A stretch of DNA of 52,577 nucleotides from a candidate division WOR-3 bacterium (lineage in GTDB: Bacteria > Hydrothermota > Tepidihabitantia > Tepidihabitantales > Tepidihabitantaceae). Shown here piece after piece: positions 43,486-52,577 of the stretch. The notes below the pieces were generated by a model. That model was not told the origin of the DNA. It did not search any database and saw only the letters and a list, made by a program, of their open reading frames with translations. Made by a program: the position numbers and the translations under genes. Where the stretch lies: the NCBI GenBank assembly GCA_965648935.1, contig CBFGIY010000006.1:1-52577 (forward strand). The letters are read 5' to 3'. Each line of letters opens with the position of its first letter. Positions within the stretch are counted from its first letter, which is position 1.

Positions 43486-44265
43486 ATGATCCTCCTGCTG
43501 GTTTCAGCTTTGCTGGCCGCGTCACCAGCTGCCAGGGTCGTGCTGGTCTACGACGGCGACACTTTTCTCACTGCTGACAGTCAGGCCGTGCGGCTGCTTG
43601 GAATCGACGCCCCGGAGAGCTACCAGCCGGGCGGCGACATCGCCCGCGATATGCTCGAAAAGCTCGTGCTGGGCAGAGCAGTTCGCCTCGAGTCAGACCG
43701 GCGGGACAAAGACGATTTCGGCAGGTTGCTCCGCTGGGTCTTTGTCGGCGATACCTGCGTGAATGTCGAGCTGGTGCGCCGCGGCTATGCCGCGGTGCGG
43801 CTTTACGACGACAGCCTGAGCCGGCGCGACACGCTTGAGCGCGTCGAGGAAACAGCGGCACGCATCGGCAAAGGGCTGTGGTCGTTCAACGTGTTCACCC
43901 CGCCGACAGTCAAGATTCTGAAGGAGCGCATCGCCGCCGAGTCGGCGCGCTCCGACACCGGTGACGGCTGGATCAAGGTCATCACCTACGACGAGGCCGG
44001 CAAGTACCTGAACCGGCTGGTCACGGTGACGGGCAGGGTCGTGGCCACCTACCGGTCGGACAAGGTGCTGCTCTTGAACTTCCACCAGGACTACCGCAAT
44101 CACTTCAAGGTCGCGGTCTTCGCCACAGACCTTGGCCGGTTTCCCCCCGCGCCAGAGGATTACTACAAGCAGCGGCTGGTGCGCGTGACCGGCGTGGTCA
44201 AGGAGTACAAGGGCGCGCCCGAGATAATCGTCAAGGATCCGGAGCAGATCGAGGTGGTCGAGTAG
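43486..44265 (+). CDS. Secreted thermonuclease (SNase) with C-terminal OB-fold-like domain
   Basis: Signal peptide, DGDT, VRLLGIDAPE, D.FGR.L, N.ELVR.GYA, KGLW; tail V.VTG.V...Y.G.PEI. Confidence 0.85.
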   Translation: MILLLVSALLAASPAARVVLVYDGDTFLTADSQAVRLLGIDAPESYQPGGDIARDMLEKLVLGRAVRLESDRRDKDDFGRLLRWVFVGDTCVNVELVRRGYAAVRLYDDSLSRRDTLERVEETAARIGKGLWSFNVFTPPTVKILKERIAAESARSDTGDGWIKVITYDEAGKYLNRLVTVTGRVVATYRSDKVLLLNFHQDYRNHFKVAVFATDLGRFPPAPEDYYKQRLVRVTGVVKEYKGAPEIIVKDPEQIEVVE

Positions 44266-45555
44266 GTGGGCGGCCCGGAGGCACCGCTGACCCCGCCGCC
44301 CGCCGGTCCGACCCGGCCGGCGCGCTGGCTGTTGCCGGTGCTGGGTGTGGCGACGGGCTTGTTGCTGGCACTGCTGCTCGTGCCGCGCCGACCCCGGATT
44401 CCGTGCGGCCCCGATGTGCCGTCGGCCGAGTCGAGCTTTGTCGGCGGCACGCGGCTACAGGGCGGTGAGGCGCTGAACGGCGCCCTCGCCCGCTACGGTT
44501 TGGGGCAGGAGTGCATCAACCGCATCTATGCCGCGCTGGGCAAGACCGACTTCAACTTCCGGATGATGCGGCCGGGCGATTCGGTGACGTTCGACTACCG
44601 CGGGCTGGTCCTGACCGGGCTTGTCTACCACAAGGACCTTGCGACCGGGTACCGCGTGAGCCTTGATTCGGCCGGCGCGAGCGCGGTCCGGGAGAACAAG
44701 CCGGTCGATACGCTGCGCGTGGTCGTGCGCGGCACGATCAAGGGCTCGCTGTGGAACTCGCTGGTCGGTCTGGGCGAGTCGCCCGGGCTGGTTGTTCAGT
44801 TCGCGAGTATCCTCAGCTACGAGGTTGACTTCCTGACCGAATGCCAGGAGGGCGACACCTTCGAGCTGCTGCTTGACCGCTACTACGTCGACTCCTTGCC
44901 CTACGGCAATGGTCGTGTGCTGGCAGTACACTACCGGGGCGCGGTCGGCGATTTCTACGGCTACTACTTCCGTTTACCCAGCGGTCACTGGGATTACTAC
45001 AACGGCAAAGGTCAGTCGTTGCGCAAGACCGTCCTGCGCTCGCCGCTGCAGTATGCCCAAGTGACGTCGCATTTCGGGATGCGGCGGCACCCGATTACTC
45101 GGACAATGCGTTCGCACACCGGAGTGGACTACGGGGCGCCGAGCGGCACGCCGGTGAGCTGCATCGCCGACGGCACGGTCACGATGGCACGCTGGAACGG
45201 CGGATACGGCAAGTTCGTCGAGGTGCAGCATTCCAGCGGACTGAGGTCGCGCTACGGCCATCTATCAAGCTACGGGCCCGGGATAAGTCCTGGCCGGCGC
45301 GTGCGCCAGGGCCAGCTTGTCGGGCGGGTCGGCTCGACCGGTTTTTCGACCGGGCCGCATCTCCATTTCGAGATCCTCCAGGGCGGCAGGGCGGTGAATC
45401 CCCTGAAGGTGATACCGCCGCGCGCCGAGCCGGTGCCGGCGAAGCTGATGCCGGAGTTCGAGCGTGTGAAGTCAGGATATCACGCCGAACTGAGAGGTCC
45501 GGCCGGCCCGATTCGACCGGCCAGCACTGCGGCAGAGAGCGCCGGTACCCGCTAG
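44266..45555 (+). CDS. M23 family murein endopeptidase (MepM/NlpD-like)
   Basis: TM anchor, HTGVDY, YGHLS, G.STGPHLHFE. Confidence 0.92.
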   Translation: MGGPEAPLTPPPAGPTRPARWLLPVLGVATGLLLALLLVPRRPRIPCGPDVPSAESSFVGGTRLQGGEALNGALARYGLGQECINRIYAALGKTDFNFRMMRPGDSVTFDYRGLVLTGLVYHKDLATGYRVSLDSAGASAVRENKPVDTLRVVVRGTIKGSLWNSLVGLGESPGLVVQFASILSYEVDFLTECQEGDTFELLLDRYYVDSLPYGNGRVLAVHYRGAVGDFYGYYFRLPSGHWDYYNGKGQSLRKTVLRSPLQYAQVTSHFGMRRHPITRTMRSHTGVDYGAPSGTPVSCIADGTVTMARWNGGYGKFVEVQHSSGLRSRYGHLSSYGPGISPGRRVRQGQLVGRVGSTGFSTGPHLHFEILQGGRAVNPLKVIPPRAEPVPAKLMPEFERVKSGYHAELRGPAGPIRPASTAAESAGTR

Positions 45556-47633
45556 ATACCCAGTTCCATCCGCAAATGCCAGTTCCGGCCCGGGGCCGGG
45601 TAGCCGCGCGTCGTCTCGTAACGAGAGTCGAGCAGGTTGCGCAAGCCGGACTCGACAGCGAGGCTCAGCGGGCCGATGCGCGGACTGAGCCTCAGGCCGA
45701 GGTCTATGAGGGCGTGGCCGGGCAGAGTGTCGGTGTTGGCCGGGTCGGCGAAACGCGGCCCGGTGTATGCCGCCACGAGCCACATCTCGGGCGAGAGCGC
45801 CGGCAAGGGCAACCGGCCAAAGACCCTGGCCGAACCGGCGAGCTCCGGACGGTAGATGAGCGCGAGCGAGTCGGAGCGCGCCCGGGTCCACGCTGCCGAC
45901 ACGTCGAGCCCGGCCGGCCCCAATTCGACCCGGCCTTCAACCTCGATTCCGAGTATGCCGGCCTGCTGGACATTCACCGGATGGAATCGGAAAAGGCTGT
46001 CCGGCTGCCACTGGATGAGGTCGGCCAGACCGTTGTAGAACACGCCGGCGCGGAATCGTGATGTTCTGTTCAAGGCCGCGCCGAGGCCGAACTCGGCTGA
46101 CCTGCCAGTTTCGGGCCGCAGGTTCGGGTTGCCGTAGGTGAAGGCGTCGGCCGGCCAGTACAGGTCGTTGAACGATGGAGCGCGCCAGGCCCGGCCGAGA
46201 GCGCTATAGACTTCCAGCGGGCGCAGTCCGGTGAACACGGCCATCACCTTGGGGCTGAATGCGCCCGTTGTCGAGCGCAGAGTCACTGAATCGGGCGGCG
46301 TCGCCTCGCTCACGGTACGGTCATAGCGGAAGACGTGAACGACGTCGAAGCCATGGACCTGGACGCGAAACTGGAAAGTGCCGGCCCAGACGCCGCGCCG
46401 GGGCGACCCGACCGCGCTGCTCTGTAGCCGTTCGTCGGAGTACTCGACCGCGCCGACAAGGCCGATGTTGCGGGTCACCTGCCAAAATTGCTCGACCGCG
46501 AGGCCGCCGGTCGAGATTCGATGGGTGTCGTCGGTCGCCCAGACCGGGTCGCGGTAGTTCTGCCAGGTCTCGGATGCATAAACCCGGGCGTCGGTGCGCA
46601 AGTTGCCGGTCGGCTGGAGCGAGTAGCGGGCGATGACCTGGCCGCGAAGGTCCTCGCGCCGGGCGCTGTCAGAAGGGAACTGGACTGTGCCGGGCACGCC
46701 GCGCCGCGCCGCGCCCAGCTCACCGAGCAGGCTGGCGTGGTGGGGGCCGGACTGGTAGCGTCCCTTGACGAGCAGGGCCTCGCGCGTGATGTCGGCATTG
46801 GCCAGCCGGCGCGCGCTGTCGCCGACGGCGAAGGCGAAGTCGTTGCGCGCGGTATAGACGTCGCCGGCGATGATGTATCCGACCGGGGCGACCCAGTTCG
46901 AGTGGCGGAAGTCCACATTGCGACGGCCGAATGAGCCGAGGCCGGCCGCGACCTCGGTCGAGAGCCGGTCAGGCTCGGGCGTGACGAGGTTGACCACGCC
47001 GCCGACCGGGCCGGAGCCGAAGACCGCCGACGATGCGCCGCGCGCGACCTCGACCCGGTCGGCAAACGACAGAGCGAGAGTTGAGAGGTCCAGCGTACCG
47101 CTCTGGGACGAGTTCTGGCGCACGCCGTCGAGAGCAATGAGTGTGTGCTCGGCGTTGGCGCCGCGCAGCCCGATCGACGAATAGTTGCCGTAGTCGCGCA
47201 CTTCGACCCCGCCGATGGTTCGAACCGCCTCGGCCGGTTCGGCCGGGCGACCCGGTGGTGAGGCGCGGCGTTCAATCACGCTGACCGGGGCGGAGGCATA
47301 CAACGGCAGGGGCGTGCGGCTGGCGCTGACCGTGACGCCGTCCAGATGCAATGCCTGGGGCCGGAGAGCCAGGGTCAGGGGCCGCGGGCCGATTCGGCCC
47401 GACCATTCGCTCGAGTAGTAGCCGATGCGCGACGCGACCAGCGCGGCCGAATCGCCCGGCACAACCGCAAAGAAGCGGCCGACGCTGTCGGCAGACACGC
47501 GGAGGTCGGTCGAGAGAATGTGGATGTCGGCGTAGGGAACGGGCAGGCGGGTCCAAGCGTCGACCACACGGCCTTCGAGTTCCGCGGCCGCGCCGACAGC
47601 GGCAATGACAGCCAGGATGCAGACCAGCTTCAT
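45552..47633 (-). CDS. btuB: TonB-dependent receptor, BtuB-like (cobalamin)
   Basis: Signal peptide, N-terminal carboxypeptidase-like domain, VTVSASR TonB box, plug R.EV.RG..S..FG....GGVVN, NP.L.PE, PGR tail; B12 riboswitch upstream. Confidence 0.8.
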   Translation of the reverse strand: MKLVCILAVIAAVGAAAELEGRVVDAWTRLPVPYADIHILSTDLRVSADSVGRFFAVVPGDSAALVASRIGYYSSEWSGRIGPRPLTLALRPQALHLDGVTVSASRTPLPLYASAPVSVIERRASPPGRPAEPAEAVRTIGGVEVRDYGNYSSIGLRGANAEHTLIALDGVRQNSSQSGTLDLSTLALSFADRVEVARGASSAVFGSGPVGGVVNLVTPEPDRLSTEVAAGLGSFGRRNVDFRHSNWVAPVGYIIAGDVYTARNDFAFAVGDSARRLANADITREALLVKGRYQSGPHHASLLGELGAARRGVPGTVQFPSDSARREDLRGQVIARYSLQPTGNLRTDARVYASETWQNYRDPVWATDDTHRISTGGLAVEQFWQVTRNIGLVGAVEYSDERLQSSAVGSPRRGVWAGTFQFRVQVHGFDVVHVFRYDRTVSEATPPDSVTLRSTTGAFSPKVMAVFTGLRPLEVYSALGRAWRAPSFNDLYWPADAFTYGNPNLRPETGRSAEFGLGAALNRTSRFRAGVFYNGLADLIQWQPDSLFRFHPVNVQQAGILGIEVEGRVELGPAGLDVSAAWTRARSDSLALIYRPELAGSARVFGRLPLPALSPEMWLVAAYTGPRFADPANTDTLPGHALIDLGLRLSPRIGPLSLAVESGLRNLLDSRYETTRGYPAPGRNWHLRMELGI

Positions 47634-47672
47634 CTCTTGCTCCTTTCGCGCAAGTCTGAGGCCAGAGCGACA

Positions 47673-47825
47673 GACAGGTCTCCTGGCTCGCGGCTCATCC
47701 TGCCGCCTTCCCGGCCTTGCCAGTGGCGTCGGGCAGGACTCAGCGCCGCTCACAGTGGGCGGGACCGCAGCCGAGTTGCACGGCTTTCCCTGTGCCGGCC
47801 AAGTCGCCGGCAACCGTTTGCGCCC
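47673..47825 (-). ncRNA. Cobalamin riboswitch
   Basis: Minus strand AGGGAA...GTGCAACTC...CCCGCCCACTGT...GCCACTG...GGGAAGG...GAGCCAGGAGACCTG (B12 box). Confidence 0.92.
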
Positions 47826-47933
47826 GCAGGCGCACCGGTCGTCTGTCGCGGTTCACTCGCGAACCTGACAGAGTAACGCAGCAGCGCCAAGGGTCAAGCG
47901 TCTTGCCGACGCAGGGCGCGCGTATTTTTTTGC

Positions 47934-47962
47934 TTGACAGCCGAAAAGGGGTGCGCTAACAT
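47934..47962 (+). promoter_or_regulatory. sigma70 promoter of terminal operon
   Basis: TTGACA-17nt-TAACAT preceded by T-tract. Confidence 0.6.
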
Positions 47963-48224
47963 TACCGCGCCTGTGAGGGCTGTCGGCCAGACCTCGGGAC
48001 AGGTGCCTGGCCGGCAATGCGGGGGTTATGCAGCTCCTGCCATTGACAATCTCTAGGTAGACGACCGCAAGAACCTGTCCGGGGTGGTCCTTGGCTTTTT
48101 CGCGCTTTGGGGCGCGAGAAAGGGGGTGTGAAGTCCGACAACCGCTGGCTCGCAGACCCGAAAGGTCCGAAGGCAAATCCGTACAACACAGGGGCTTGTG
48201 CCCCGGACCGAACAAGGAGGACAA

Positions 48225-48959
48225 GTGAAGCTCGTAACAATCGCCCTGGCCCTGATTCTCAGCGCCGGCGCAGTGATGGCGGCTGAGTCGCCAGACTGCC
48301 ACTGGCTGCAGAAGAAGGCCTGGAGGCTCGTGGACGGCTGCTGGGTGCTGATGCCGATGAACGACCGTGCGGCCCGCGCCCGCGCCTGGTCCTATGTGAT
48401 CGACTACAAGGATTCCTGCAACAAGCAAGTCTGGAATCTGACCCTCAAGCACGAGGCGAGCGTGGCGCAGTGGATGATCATCTGGATGAATGCCGATGGT
48501 TTCCACTGGGCAGTGCGCAAGCCGGGCTGCTACATCACCGACTGCGTCGAGTTCGGCTTCCGCAGCAACTACGACGTGGCCGTGACGTTCAGCGGCTTTG
48601 ACAACCTGCGGCCCCTTGACCCGAACAAGACGATCGACCAGGAGATCGAGGTCGAATACGCGTTGAGCGACGACGGCGATGTCCCGCCGGATCCGAACAG
48701 CAACCTGTGGACCACCGCCGCCAACCTCAACGACCTGGTCATCAACGTCCAGGACAGCGAGGAGCTGCACTACAACGGCTGGAAGAAGCACATCTGGGCG
48801 AAGATCTGCGTCAGCCCGTGCAACGGCCCGACCGACTACGTCGACCCGAACTGGGCGACTATCACCGCGACGCTGCAGTGCATGCGTCCGTGGATCGACC
48901 CGGGTACCGGCCTGTTCAAGGTCGGCGACGCCGGGATGCCCGCGTTCCCTTTTCAGTGA
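48225..48959 (+). CDS. Secreted Cys/Trp-rich hypothetical protein (candidate fimbrial subunit)
   Basis: GTG after AAGGAGG, Sec-pathway signal peptide, 8 Cys, about 13 Trp, HEASVAQW and WAVRKPGCY..DC motifs. Confidence 0.7.
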   Translation: MKLVTIALALILSAGAVMAAESPDCHWLQKKAWRLVDGCWVLMPMNDRAARARAWSYVIDYKDSCNKQVWNLTLKHEASVAQWMIIWMNADGFHWAVRKPGCYITDCVEFGFRSNYDVAVTFSGFDNLRPLDPNKTIDQEIEVEYALSDDGDVPPDPNSNLWTTAANLNDLVINVQDSEELHYNGWKKHIWAKICVSPCNGPTDYVDPNWATITATLQCMRPWIDPGTGLFKVGDAGMPAFPFQ

Positions 48960-49002
48960 GCCCGGAATGACTGAACGCGAAGAGGCGAAAGGACCCGCTT
49001 AG

Positions 49003-50601
49003 TTGCGTTCGTCCGCCTGGAGAATACTGCTGGCCGCGGCGCTGGCGACCGTGCCCGCCGCGGCCAGCATTACTGTTTCCCCGCAGTCGATAATCGAGGA
49101 CCTGGCGGCAGGCGCGCGCAAGCGCGTCGTGATTACCGTCACCAACGAACTGCCGGTGACCCGACCGCTGCGCTACTTCGCCGCGCCGTTCCGGCAGAGG
49201 CCGGACGGCATATACGAGATCGTCGATGAGGCCGATACCGCCCTGTCCTGCCACGAGTGGTTCGGGCTGGACACGGTGCGCACGACGCTGGAAGCGAACG
49301 AAACGCGCGATTTCACAATTGACATAACCGTTCCCCGCAGCGTGACCGGCACGCGTTTCGGGGCGGTCGTGTTCGACATGCTGCCTTCGGACACTGCCAA
49401 GGGCAGCGGCGGCCCTGAGGCCGCGGTGGGCCTGGTGATGAGAATGCCGGCTTTCTTTGCCCTGACGGTCGGCGGCCGGATGCTGCGCAGCCGCGCCGAG
49501 CTGGTCGACCTGAAGGTGCTCACGCCCGCCGAACTGGGCGGGATTTACGCCAAGCATCTGCCGCCTGATGCCCTGGGCATCAAGGCACTGGTGCGCAACA
49601 CAGGACCCATCCGGTTTGAGGTTAGCGGCCACGCTGTGGTGCGCGACTCCCTGGGCCGGAGGGTGAAGTCTTTTCCGCTGGGCAGCGGGTCGATTCTGCC
49701 CGGCGCCGAGGTGAACCTGACCTCAATTCTCGCGCCGCTGCGCCGCGGGCGCTACAACCTGGAGGTGGCGGTGACAGCGGGCACGGGCAGTCCGGTGAAG
49801 GGCAGCGTCAGCTTCGTTTCGGGCAGGCAAGCGCGCGTCGCTGACGTGGCGCAGACCGTCGCCCAGCTTGATGTCTCGGCCAGCCCGGAACGGCTGGAAA
49901 TGAACCTGCCGCCGCGCTCGACCCGGACCAGGTCCTTGGTAGTGCGCAACGAGAGCGACCGAACCGTGCAGTTGAAAGCGACACTGGCCGGTCTGGAGGG
50001 TTTCATCGACGGCACTCTCGACCAGACCGAGTCGCCCGAACCCGGGCTCGATTGCCGCGCCTGGACAACGCTGGACCTGACCGAGTTCACGCTGGCGCCG
50101 CGCGCGGCCCGGTCCTTGCGCCTGACATTCGCGCCGCCGGCCGACGTGGTGGGGGGGCGGTACGGCTGCGTGTACATCGAGCAGGTCGACTCAACCGCGG
50201 CGCGGGATGGCAAGCCCGCCCCGTCGCTCACGGTGCCCCTGATGATTACCGTTGACGGCGAGTTCGCGCGCTCGGCCGAAATTGCCGGGGTCGCCGGCGA
50301 CCCGAACACGGGAATGGCACTGCACCTGGCGAACACCGGGGCAGTGCACCTTGCGCCTGTCGCGCGGGTTTCGATCTGGCGCGCGACCCGGCCCGATGCC
50401 GTCGAGGACTACGATTTCGAATCGGTGGGGACGATGGATCTGGAAGGGGGCGGCACCGTGCTGCCCGGTGATACGGTCATGCTGACCGGGAAGTACAACC
50501 GAACGTTACCTGAAGGGGGTTACAAGATGGCTATCTCTGTTGACTGCGGCAGGAACCTGCGCCTGACCCAGTCCAGCCTATTCAAGGTGGGGAAGCGATG
50601 A
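49003..50601 (+). CDS. Secreted Ig-fold protein with internally duplicated DUF916/PapD chaperone-like module
   Basis: Two repeats of V.P...E..L..G......V.NE...C..W..L......L......R.......P....G..Y/FG.V followed by NTG motifs. Confidence 0.65.
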   Translation: MRSSAWRILLAAALATVPAAASITVSPQSIIEDLAAGARKRVVITVTNELPVTRPLRYFAAPFRQRPDGIYEIVDEADTALSCHEWFGLDTVRTTLEANETRDFTIDITVPRSVTGTRFGAVVFDMLPSDTAKGSGGPEAAVGLVMRMPAFFALTVGGRMLRSRAELVDLKVLTPAELGGIYAKHLPPDALGIKALVRNTGPIRFEVSGHAVVRDSLGRRVKSFPLGSGSILPGAEVNLTSILAPLRRGRYNLEVAVTAGTGSPVKGSVSFVSGRQARVADVAQTVAQLDVSASPERLEMNLPPRSTRTRSLVVRNESDRTVQLKATLAGLEGFIDGTLDQTESPEPGLDCRAWTTLDLTEFTLAPRAARSLRLTFAPPADVVGGRYGCVYIEQVDSTAARDGKPAPSLTVPLMITVDGEFARSAEIAGVAGDPNTGMALHLANTGAVHLAPVARVSIWRATRPDAVEDYDFESVGTMDLEGGGTVLPGDTVMLTGKYNRTLPEGGYKMAISVDCGRNLRLTQSSLFKVGKR

Positions 50602-51863
50602 GGGCGCGACTGATCGTACGGATTGCTTCGGTCTGGACCCTGGCCGCGCTGGCGTTGTTCTGCGCCGGCGCGGCCTGGGGACAGCCCGCAGCGGGCGAGG
50701 CAGTGGGGCCGGTACCGATGGTGCGCTACGACACGGTGCGCGTCAGCAACGTCTTCTTCGAAACCGACCTGCTGCAGGCGTTGTCCGACATCAGCGCCCA
50801 GACCGGGGTGCAGATAATCACCGACGGCGCGGTCACCGGTATGGTGACGGCCGAGCTGCGCTTCACGCCGCTGGAGGATGCGCTGGCAAGGCTGCTCTAC
50901 CCGCTGGGTTACTCGTTCCGTCAGGTCGGCGACTATTACGTGGTCGGCACGGTCCGCCCGGACGGGTCGGCTTTCCGGCTGCTGGCCTCGAGCGAGGTGC
51001 TGCGGCTCAACTACATCCGCGCGGCCGATGCGGCCAAGCTTCTGGCCGATGCTTATGCGCCGTACGTCAAGGTCGTGCCGGAGACCAACACGCTGGTCGT
51101 GACGGCGCCGCCAGAGATCATCCGAGCCGTGCGCCGCGACCTCGCCGGCATCGACGTGCCCAAGCGGCAGGTGACTATCGAGGCGACGGTGCTCGAGGTT
51201 TCCAACGAGGCCGGGCGCAGCCTGGGCCTGGACTGGAGCGGCACGCTCATCTCCGGCACCGACACGCTGCTGCGCGCCATAACCGGGATCGGCGGCATCG
51301 CCGATACGACGCTGTCTCTGGTGATCAAGAAACTGACCGGCCGGCTCGGCGGGCTGAGCTTCACGATGCTGCCCTCGGTGCAGGCGATGGTGCAGGACGG
51401 CAAGGTGCAGATCAAAGCCAACCCGCGCATCGTCACTGCCGACGGCCTGCCTGCCGATATCGCCGTCGGCAAGGAGCAGTACTACCAGTTGCTCTACTCG
51501 GGCGGGGCCTACCCGACTTACCGGCTTGAGAAGATAGAGTACGGAGTGTCGCTGACGATCACGCCATACGTGGCGAACAACGGCGACATCACGGTCTATG
51601 CCGAGCCGCGCGTCAGCGATGTCGTCGGCTCAGGCCCGGACAATCTGCCGATAATCAGCAAGCGCGCCGCACGCACCCGGGTCGTGGTCAAGGACGGCGA
51701 GAGTTTCGTTATCGGCGGTCTGGTGATGCGCCACGAGCAGCTCCAGCAGCGCCGCATACCGCTGCTGGGCAGCATCCCGATAATCGGTTTCTTCTTCAGC
51801 AACACGCGCAAGCTTGTCACCAACAACGAGGTCGTTATCATTATCACTCCGCGACTGACGTGA
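50598..51863 (+). CDS. Second secretin (STN + secretin N + secretin domain)
   Basis: F.ETDL..AL.DIS.QTG, N.LVV.A, QV.IEA.VLEV, VKDGES.VIGGL, IPLLG.IP.IG.FF, VIIITP. Confidence 0.88.
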   Translation: MRARLIVRIASVWTLAALALFCAGAAWGQPAAGEAVGPVPMVRYDTVRVSNVFFETDLLQALSDISAQTGVQIITDGAVTGMVTAELRFTPLEDALARLLYPLGYSFRQVGDYYVVGTVRPDGSAFRLLASSEVLRLNYIRAADAAKLLADAYAPYVKVVPETNTLVVTAPPEIIRAVRRDLAGIDVPKRQVTIEATVLEVSNEAGRSLGLDWSGTLISGTDTLLRAITGIGGIADTTLSLVIKKLTGRLGGLSFTMLPSVQAMVQDGKVQIKANPRIVTADGLPADIAVGKEQYYQLLYSGGAYPTYRLEKIEYGVSLTITPYVANNGDITVYAEPRVSDVVGSGPDNLPIISKRAARTRVVVKDGESFVIGGLVMRHEQLQQRRIPLLGSIPIIGFFFSNTRKLVTNNEVVIIITPRLT

Positions 51864-51864
51864 T

Positions 51865-52533
51865 ATGATGACTACTTTGAAGAGTCTCTTTCGCGCCGCG
51901 GTTCTCGTGGCGGCGGCGCTGTGCGTCGCGCGGGCCGACGCGGCCAGCATCGGGACTTCGATTTCCGAACGGGTCGATGCCCGCAGCGCGGTGTTCTTCA
52001 GAGTCGGCGTCTGGTCGCCGACCGGCAAGGAACTCAAGACCGAGTTCGGTCCGCGCATCGCGCCCGGGGCCGAGATTCGGGCCCTGTCGCGCTACGGCGT
52101 GGGCGGCAGCCTTGCCCTGGACTGCTGGTGGGCGATGACACCGAGAGAAGACGAACAGGATGCCGTGTCGCTCTTCCTGCCGGGCAGCGCGAGCCTGTTC
52201 TATGCCTATCCGCTGCTGGACAGCGCGGTCACGCCTTACGCCGGGCTGCTGGTTTCTGCGTCCTTCGGCAGCCTGTGCCTGCCGCAGGGCGATTCGCTGG
52301 TGCGCGCGCAGGGCTTCGGCAGCGGGCTCGGGATGATGCTCGGCGCTGAGGTGCCGCTCGTGCGCGGCCTGATCGTGCGGGGCGAGATGCGGCTGTCCGG
52401 CGGCAGGCTGGTCACCGAACTCGGACCTGAGTCAGGCCTGCTTGAGGAAGAGCGGCGGCGCAGCATCCGGACCTCGAACTTCGCGGCGTCGCTCGGCCTG
52501 ACAATGGGTTTCAACGACCTGTTCTTCTTCTAG
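51865..52533 (+). CDS. Outer-membrane beta-barrel (OmpW/OMP_b-brl-like)
   Basis: Signal peptide, PYAG motif, alternating strands, C-terminal Phe. Confidence 0.6.
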   Translation: MMTTLKSLFRAAVLVAAALCVARADAASIGTSISERVDARSAVFFRVGVWSPTGKELKTEFGPRIAPGAEIRALSRYGVGGSLALDCWWAMTPREDEQDAVSLFLPGSASLFYAYPLLDSAVTPYAGLLVSASFGSLCLPQGDSLVRAQGFGSGLGMMLGAEVPLVRGLIVRGEMRLSGGRLVTELGPESGLLEEERRRSIRTSNFAASLGLTMGFNDLFFF

Positions 52534-52577
52534 GCCGTTCTTCAGCCATTGCGCCGGCTGCCTTGGGGCAGCCGGCG

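Noticed and set aside
48120..48200. c-di-GMP-I (GEMM) riboswitch suggested by GGCAAA and a GAAA loop
   Set aside because: Elements are in the wrong order and the second GCAAA/P2 part is missing

Overview
GC-rich bacterial window. The FlgD-Ig/T9SS-like tailed proteins, the OmpA/carboxypeptidase-repeat proteins and the EF-Tu signature suggest a diderm, WOR-3/FCB-adjacent lineage; this is inference only. In order: the left end of an IS256-family element (missed by the ORF track); a type IV pilus cluster (pilH/I/G-like ABC module, four prepilins, PilM-PilN fusion, PilO, two PilP/GspB-like proteins, PilQ, PilT, PilD); two tandem OmpA-domain paralogues; a lipoprotein; and a surface redox operon (two c-type cytochrome lipoproteins, a CxxCH reeler-like protein, a DUF5777-like barrel, OsmC). 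Next comes a secreted protein split by an in-frame TGA that gives a UxxC motif and is followed by a SECIS-like hairpin (candidate new selenoprotein). The core tRNA-tuf-rpmG-secE-nusG-rplKAJL-rpoBC-rpsLG cluster follows, without fusA. After it are pgeF/recJ/GT39, a DtxR/MntR-ZupT operon with tandem operator boxes and a FeoC-motif microprotein, a nuclease, an M23 peptidase and a cobalamin-riboswitch-controlled TonB receptor. The window ends in an unexplained operon: Cys/Trp-rich secreted protein, duplicated DUF916/chaperone-like protein, a second secretin and an OM barrel. All assignments come from motif recognition by eye; no searches were run.
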